Part shown: positions 1 through 64,000 of the stretch, piece by piece | Layout of the letters: every line of letters begins with the position of its first letter | How positions within the stretch are numbered: position 1 is the first letter of the stretch | Assembly: GCA_048128005.1 (NCBI GenBank) | Contig: JBEUKZ010000067.1 | Coordinates: forward strand, 186,001-250,000 | DNA from: Veleropilina oligotropha | Lineage: Eukaryota | DNA length: 64,000 nucleotides | Direction of reading: 5' to 3' | Notes under the pieces: model-generated | Told to the model about the DNA's origin: nothing | What the model saw: only the letters and a program-made list of their open reading frames with translations | Database searches by the model: none | Translations under genes and position numbers: made by a program

Positions 1-268
1 TTTTTACACCTTCGACCAATCTTCGCTATGGTTATACCCATGCGTGTCCTTAATTAGATACCGGATTGATCGACGAACCGTTCACGCGGGAAAATTCAAT
101 CCGGATAACGCAAAATACCGGATTCAAATTACCTCGGTAGGTGGATTCAAATCCAAAAAAAATAATCCGGATATTATGTACATGAACCGTTTACACGGCA
201 AACAGTTATCCGGATGTATCTAGATAAGTAAATATCCGCATTGAAATTGGTGTTTGTGTAAACGGGGC
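1..268. mobile_element. Right end of a PIF/Harbinger-like MITE
   Basis: Repeated atccggat motifs ending in gtgtaaacggggc (reverse complement GCCCCGTTTACAC, a Harbinger-type TIR). Confidence 0.45.
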
Positions 269-271
269 TAT

Positions 272-415
272 AGTTGTCCGTAACTGGTCGGAGAGGGCGG
301 GTTTCCCCGGGCGACCAGGCTTTCTTCCCGCGATAATACGGACATGTCCTGCTTTGAACCAAATGATGGTTGGAAATATACAGCCAGGACATTAGGCATC
401 GATCCTTTCCTTTTT
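272..415 (+). mobile_element. SINE body/3' fragment
   Basis: gggtttccccgggcgaccaggctttcttccc core resembling V/Meta-type SINE domains; reverse-complement copies at ~4200-4300 and in the class-A units (e.g. 25260-25420). Confidence 0.6.
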
Positions 416-1625
416 TGTGCTAAATGAGACAATAAAACCCATTTAATATCAATGTAAAGCAAGCCATACGAAATCGGATGATAATGTAAATGAAGTAAGC
501 TGTTAATTTCCAGAACAGGATATTTGGACTCTGCTGATCGATTATAGTATTAATAATTATATCCTGTTGTATCATCCCGATTACAATGTGTGTACCCAAG
601 ATGTTTATCAGGCTTGTACAAATCGGATTAATCCACATTTAGCAAGTTGGGAAAACCTCAATCACAGAGTATCCATTCCATGAAGAAGATAATTATAATT
701 TACACATCATATTTATTTCCTTGAATATTTATTGATGTCGGCTCCACTGAAATCATGCTACTTGCTTTATAACATCGTCTTCGCTACTTCCATAACCTCA
801 GTCATTCATTAACAAGATTTGATTCCATGTTTTTGTACAGATAGAAGCAGCACACGGGATATCTGCAATTCGTGCTATGGTGCTACAATTACCTTGGAAG
901 GTACAACAGAACGGTGGCACGATTTACCCCAATCCACTTTATATTTATTAAAATCGGAGTCATAGGTACATTTAATTGTAATAATATGTCGACACAATCA
1001 TTCATAGAGCTTCAACACATGATTTTAATAAGTTATAAGTATGTATAAACATAGATTACGGCAAAATCGCGATTGCGACTTTGTAGATTTGCCCAATCTA
1101 GCCTATCGCCAAGTCTAGACTGGTCATAATTAAACATACCTTTCCGAACATGCTGTCTTTAATTCAACATTGGCAACTATATTATTTCCAAAATGATTTA
1201 CTTGCAAAACAACAACTTTTTGGCGATAATATTCGCTAATTTTGGCATAAAACGCACGCCGCAATTATCGGTCGGCCGCCGGTGTTTGTTTTCAATAATC
1301 GCCCATGACTTCTACTATCCGTATTGCTAACAATTTAATCATGGTCATATAATATTATAGGTCTGTTTCTGAATAATGAAACAAAAGTTTTAAACTACTT
1401 TAATTGTTAAATTTAAGATAAATTTGAAACATTGTCTTAGCCTAGTCGTTGTTTTGGGAGTTATTTATAAATTGTATGTCTTTACTTTATTATCTGTTCA
1501 CCATGCTCTCATTTTTTATTTTTTATTTTTTAGGGTAAAAAGTGAAGTACGAAAAAATTATTATAAAAAAGACAGAACATGAAATAAAATTACCGATTAC
1601 TACGTCTTTGCATTTCTTTTTTGTA

Positions 1626-4010
<2,385 letters not shown>

Positions 4011-4202
4011 GGTGCCTTGAGTACCTGACGCATTTTCACCTGGCTGGGAATTTCGGACGAGAAATGGTTAATGTATATATTAAATGAATACACCATTACA
4101 ATATACGTCCCAAATTTCAAAACACTGTTCAGTTCGTTACACGAATCAGTGTAATAAGATTGAGCTAAAAACAAAACAATTTTGAACGTGTATTTACAAG
4201 AT

Positions 4203-4407
4203 CGATGTTCAAGGCAGGAAATGGCCGTGTTATCGCGGGAGGAAACCCGGTCTTCGGCCTGTCGCGGCGGACAACTGTGATTCATAACTTGAACAAATGT
4301 CAATGCCTCAGCCAGGTATTGAACCAACCACTGTTTGCATTAGCGGAATCAAGCCAGTGAATATTAGAGTGGACACTCTTACCCACTGCGCTGCTGCCGA
4401 AGCGGCC
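4203..4407 (-). mobile_element. tRNA-derived SINE
   Basis: Minus-strand A-box-like agcgcagtggg and B-box-like ggttcaatacc, then the shared gttcaagttatgaatcacagttgtccg body. Confidence 0.65.
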
Positions 4408-7047
4408 ATAACAACGTTGAAATTTGCGTTTATAAGTTGCTTAACGGTAAACCCCATCTATATACTTTTACTAGTTAGTTCTAAATGCACGCATTACTTA
4501 TATCCGCAGTCGCGTACAACATTGTACAATTCATAGCACGAATCGGTGCCATATTTGATGAAAATAGATAGATTTTTCCTTCAAAACACACTGTTTCGTG
4601 GAGGCGGCCATGTTTGATCCGTGTTTTTGTCGACTGAAAACTTGCATCTCAAATTCGACCGTGATCGAGTTTTTGATGTGGCAGCCAGCGTTCATTTTTC
4701 GCAAAACACTATTTATTTATTAATGTATTAAAATGCACAAATAATTTAATTAAGAAATATAATCTTTTAACTGGTAATTGTGTGCTTTAAATATTTATTT
4801 GTTGCCTGTGACATTGTACACTGGCTAAAGACGTTTTGTGTTATGTACCTCGTAAAACAAGCAAACTATTAATTGTTTATTAAAAGATTTGCAATTGTTG
4901 AAATTCTCCCTGGAGTCTAGTTTGGTCTTCGATTGCTGGGGACCCCTTGCTGGTGTTGACCCTCGCCGGCGAAGCTCGGGGAAGAATCGCTGTTTTGTCA
5001 CGTGATCGTCGGTACCTTCAGAGGGTACTCTCTTACGAGAATTGTTTTTCAAATTGTGGAAGTATGCCAGCTCAACCTGGCCTGGCCTGATGAACAAGGC
5101 CAATGAAATTTGACAAATTGAATTGTAATAAAATGTCATTAATAGTGGTATCTGCCAATAATTGTGTGTACAATTTATATTTATTATATCTTGCGTTAAT
5201 GGTGACAGTGACTGTGTAATCAATGAACTTTATTCAGTGAATTTAAATTAAATAATTGTAAAGATAATTTTTTTACTATAATAAGCCAATGAACGTAAAC
5301 TTCACTATTGGATTCAGTGAATTATGTTTCATTTCTTCACTATGATATACTTTTGATTGGCTGTATGTGGATTTTGTGCTAATAAATTGAATTGAATTGT
5401 TTTAATTTTAGGCAGCGACTGATTGCATCTACGTCTTTTGGGGCCAAGTTATGGAGACAAGCATGCTGCTATCCATTTCTGGACGTGTGTTGTCAAATTC
5501 ACGCGGTCAGTTTTGTCTGGCAGTAGGCATAATACCTACGATTTTCACAGTCATGCAGACAAGGACTTCTGCTCCGAGTGGAAATGCTACAACAATTACT
5601 GTTCTTTAGGCTATTCATGAAAATGCAATACATAATTATGTTACTGTCTATTTATGCTTGTAAACCCTCCTTTTTATTTTATAATTGTCTTTTGAGAGGA
5701 GGTCAGGCCCCTGTGAAATCAAATGGATGTGTTAAAATTGCATTGCTTACAACTGTGTTAAGATGGGTCGATTATTTAACTATAAAATATTGTGCAATGG
5801 ATAAAATGCATTTGTTAATAAAGACCTGCCATAGAGTTGCTGTTTGTGCATGCATGTGTCATATTAAGCCTGAAAATGGCAATTTCTCACATTTAGAATG
5901 GATGAAATGTGAAATTGTGTCAATTTCCACTTGGCTTCATTGATGTTCTTCTTATATTCTCTTTTCACATGATTTAGGGCACATATTCTCTCTGCAGCCC
6001 AACATTTAGCAAGAAAGTTGTCAATTTTTGTGAAATTGCACAGGTTGAGTTAAAATGTGTCGATTACCGTTACCTAGCTATCATTGTCTCCACTTTTTAT
6101 CGTTATTGTTTGAATACGCTAAAAATAGCTCCTATTCATATTAGAATGTCCTAAAGCGATTATGGCATTTATTGTGAAATGCAGTGCAAGGGAAATAACT
6201 TTGTCAGTACTGTACTGCCGGGAAATTTGAATGGGTCCCGATATACGACGCTGCAGCCGTTTCGTTGGTCGGCGGCCCCTGTGCAGTAGACACCTATCCC
6301 AGAACGTAGTCATCGGTTCGATCCCAGTAGGAATGAATGCGCGGCATGCTTCCTAGAATCTCTCTGCACCCCATTCACAACACAAAGTGACTTTTGTAGG
6401 CAGGCGCCATACGCATACGCGCGAATAAATGAAATGCTAAACTTAGATAGCAATATATGTATTGTTTGTGGCCTGCATGTGCATATTATTAGCTACTTGA
6501 ATTTAGCATGGCACGGGTGGACATATTTGAAGTTTATCAGTGAAAATGTTCAGTATTTAACACGCACTACTCTTTGCGACTAGAGTAGTGAATGATTAAC
6601 AAGCAATTAAGCCGACTGGGGTACGTACACGTGTCTATTATAATGACGGACGACGAATGTATAATATAATAGTTCTACACAGAGCAGCAGAGTGTATGAG
6701 TGTTTAAAAAATGTTTCTCGACACAATTTTCTCCCCGTGCATAAAGAAAACGTCATCCTATTTTTTCAAAGGATCATAATTTTATGACAGTGTATATCGT
6801 GAATGCAAATCAATTTGTTGATATTTGTTTTGTATATTAACAGGGCAATTTTGTAGCCCATCAAATTTTTTTTCGGTGTTGATATGGTTAAATTTCTTTT
6901 ATATTTACAAAACTATATGCTAAAATGCATTGCACATATCCACTATTGCATCATTCGCGGAAAGGAATCGGAAATACTGGTATATGGAACACAAATGATG
7001 GATATAGGATATTGTATTACAACTGAGAGGTGTATATCATCTATACG

Positions 7048-7465
7048 GGTAAGATATTATTAGTTACATGGTGCTTTAGTGACGTAATATGGTATACTAG
7101 TATCCTGTATGTGAGTAGAATTCATATCAGGCGAGAGCGAAGCTCGAGCCTGATATGAATTCTACTCACCCTGTATATACCATATTACGTCACTAAAGCA
7201 CCATGTAACGAATATATCTTACCGACAACCTTTTTTTACACTTTGACCTGTCTAAACCGGTCACATTCCTGTGGTGTCGTCTGCGCGAACCGTTTTTTGG
7301 CCGCCATATTGTTTATCGATTTGTAAGCCACAGGCACTGACAGGGGCGATAACTCTAGACCGACCCCATATGGAGGTGAACTAACCCCATATGGATTATA
7401 CACCGTCGACACGTGATGGGTCTAACCCAATCGCTATCGTGGAAACTTGTTAGAGGTAAGATATT
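7048..7465. mobile_element. Palindromic non-autonomous element with long hairpin and GCGAAGC loop
   Basis: 7048-7131 pairs with 7147-7223 around gcgaagc (7137-7143); the terminal ggtaagatat motif recurs near 7456. Confidence 0.55.
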
Positions 7466-7876
7466 AATTTATCCAAAGCATTTTTGAATTGAATATCTTC
7501 TGACACAGTCCACATCAGTTTCACACCATATCTTTGAGTTTTCGAAATCAAGATAAACAAGCATGATCTACGCAAATGCAGTAACTGGTTCATGTATACA
7601 GTTTAATTATTTTCATCCTAGATATATTTTATGCAAATGAATTAGTTACAATTATGAAGAAAATAGACATATTATTACGTATTTGTTACAGGAATTAAAC
7701 AATCAAATTAATTTTCTTGAGCAATATGTGTACAAGGAATAATGCATGAATATGCAGTCACAACATAGAACAATGGCATCAGTATACCCTCTGTGTAAAA
7801 CCCCAAAATATCTAGTATCGCTGTTGCCTATTCTCCATCATTGAAGTTCCTGTCACCATGTTGCCAACTTCTCGTT

Positions 7877-61557
<53,681 letters not shown>

Positions 61558-63884
61558 CTGTAGGAGAGAAAGACTAGGATATGCCACAACCCTTATTGTA
61601 ATAAAGATAGATATACTTTATTTTCCTTCCATTGCATATAATAATTATTGCAAATAATAGAAAGGCATATAGTCAATTTTGTGAAAAGGAAGGATGAAAG
61701 TTGAACCAAAACTAGCAATGTCACTTAAATTCGAAAGACATATTATGATTCGTCATGCAAGTAATATAGCGATTTTAATCCATACACAGAATATGAATTT
61801 CAGGAAATGACCCAAGCAAGTGTTAATCTCCCTGAAGATGAAAATATAATGCATATAGATATTGACGCATTATGTATGAAATACATCATGTGCAGTAAAA
61901 CCGATCAAGTTTTGCAACCAATGATGGATCCACAATGTTGTCATACTCAACATTATGTCATTGTAGATTGATCTAATGTAGTGGATTGGATTGAAACGAT
62001 GCTTAATGTCCTATATATTTATAACCTATAGGTTCAAGGCAGGACATATCCTTATTGTTGGGGGAGGAAAACCCGATCTCTCTGAGAAAACTGCCATCTT
62101 CGGTCAGTTACGAATAACTGTGAGTGGTAAATGAACAAAAAACATGCCATTTCGCAAACGGAGATTCGAACACACCTCTGTTAGTCAGTGCAGAGTCAGT
62201 ACCCGAGACCACACGGTAACCGAAGCGGTCGACCTACTGTAGTGGTTATACGACACCGATAGTGCAATACATATACGGCACGGAAGGAGTAAATCCAACA
62301 TCGGGCCATATTTAATTTATTTATAGTGAAACACATGATGATTTATTACAAATGAAGCAATGAACATGCTAGGCAATATTAGAAGCAATATTTGGTGAGA
62401 ATCTTCCATCCAATTTCTTCGTGCTGTTATCTTAACTGTTAGCGTTGCATGTGGGCGCAAAAAGTACAGGTGATGCCATGGGGGAACTAGTTAGCTAGGA
62501 GTTTACGTGTAGGTGCGGGGATTATTGGACCAGAAGACCAACTTTTACGACTCAATTTTCAATGATGTTGAACTTGGAACATTACGTTAATAAAGCTGGG
62601 AAATAATGTATGTACGTATAGCTCGGCTGTATATGTAGAAGTTGATTATAATGAATAAATTCGAGTATAATGTCATCGTTGTTAATGACACAATCAGCAC
62701 GAGACTTGCAGTTCACGATACGCTATTACAGTCCAAATCTAGTGTACCAAGAAGTGTACTTTCCTTGTGAGATCTGATTTAAGTAAGGACGTTGCGTTTC
62801 TGGGGTGAAAGTCCATAAGCAAAATCACCAGGTATTTGGGTAGTTTGTGGGGAGGGGGTGACAAAGATGCAACATAAGATGGGTTCAATGTTGTATCCCG
62901 AGGAACGCCACCCACAGCCGTAACTTGATCTGATCTTGATCCACTCCTTATAAATTTATGGATGCGGTTGGTCAGTAATTCTGGGATCCACGCATGCGTC
63001 CTCGGATGGAAATCTACCCCAGAAATAACAGTGTTTCCACATAGCGTCGAGAAGGTCAGAAATATCTTACCAGTCTATAATACTATGTAATAGCTGATAG
63101 CTGAGTCGTGTGTCGGTCAGTAGTTGATGTTATTAGCTTCGTCATGACCTTGCTTCATGCTGAACATATATTACACGCATGAAGTATCTGACCAAGACAT
63201 GCACGTGTACCTTGTTATTGATATTGATCGATAGTTACATGCAATATTTCGGTTCCTTGGCCTTTTAATGACTGATATATGACAAGTTTCAATCTAAATT
63301 CTTGTAGTTTATTGTATTGGATGTTTTCTGGTTACTAGTATCCACTAATATTTTTAATCGATGAACGATATTTTATATAATACATTTTGGACTTGCTGCT
63401 CGAGATCACACACAGTTGCCATTTCGTAAGAAAACTAAGAATGTATGTGGCTTCATTGCAGCATTGTATCAATGGATCATTTAGGTGTTTTTATGTTGTT
63501 GTGATGCATGTGTGAATTTCATAATTTTAGGTAATACATTTTCATTAACATCGGTGGTTGTCTGTGTAAACATTTAATAACATAGTTTAATTAAATCTAC
63601 TTCGATCATTGTTAGTATTAAAAGTGCAGCCAGCGTTATACAGTCTAGTAGTATTGTATATTCCTCTCGTTTCTGGTCTTATCTAGCGTTATATACTGTA
63701 CAGCTGCCTCATTGGGATTATCTTGTTTTAATCTTGTTTTCAAGACCGAAGTAGCAGATCAATAGTTTATGGTGATGATAATGATATAGAAATTAGTAAC
63801 GTTTTCATTTTTTCACGTCTGTCATTTATTTACAATGTGCAAGCACGGGCCGATTGGTTTTTCATTCGTTCTTGTTTTACCCGT

Positions 63885-64000
63885 TCCGACAGCCGTGTGG
63901 TTTCGATTGTAGATTCCGAAAATTACTGGCTTGATTCCAATGACACGACCAGTAGTGGGTTCGAGTCTCGGTTGGGACCGGCCATTAATTATTCCGTAAC
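63885..64000 (+). mobile_element. SINE head (truncated by window end)
   Basis: agccgtgtgg A-box-like and gggttcgagtctc B-box-like motifs with an over-long spacer. Confidence 0.5.

Noticed and set aside
5410..5560. CVVKFTRSV..YDF peptide resembling the P2X7-like accessory protein of Kolobok transposons
   Set aside because: Similarity is too short and degenerate to support without a profile search.
62783..64000. Possible upstream or signal-peptide exon of the EGF gene
   Set aside because: A GTAAGA donor exists near 63066-63070, but no convincing ATG-hydrophobic frame or EGF pattern precedes it.

Overview
AT-rich eukaryotic (metazoan) DNA. The SINE, MITE and Helentron-type repeat content suggests a mollusc such as a bivalve; that assignment is inference. 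The ORF track misses the main feature: a minus-strand, multi-exon gene whose 5' end lies beyond the window. It is built from 25 intact single-EGF-domain exons (108/111/114 bp, all phase 1-1, all six Cys kept) plus a short last exon that reads, in the matching phase, as a GPI-anchor-type hydrophobic C-terminal signal (..QCTISK-ATMTQASMILGTFMLLVARYLH*). That gives about 940 codons inside the window. From about 23.4 to 62.8 kb the exons have been amplified with their introns in nested tandem units of about 3.0, 3.33 and 1.87 kb, plus an ~8.6-kb higher-order repeat. There are three exon classes (A, B, C), mosaic copies, one stop-containing pseudo-exon and one acceptor-less duplicate. The rest is transposon debris: Academ-like long-TIR element and nuclease fragments, an LTR-like element, a Helentron/HINE-like element with ~420-bp repeats, Kolobok/PIF/hAT-like MITEs, tRNA-derived SINEs, and micro- and minisatellites. 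No prokaryotic features, CRISPR array or credible RNA gene were found.
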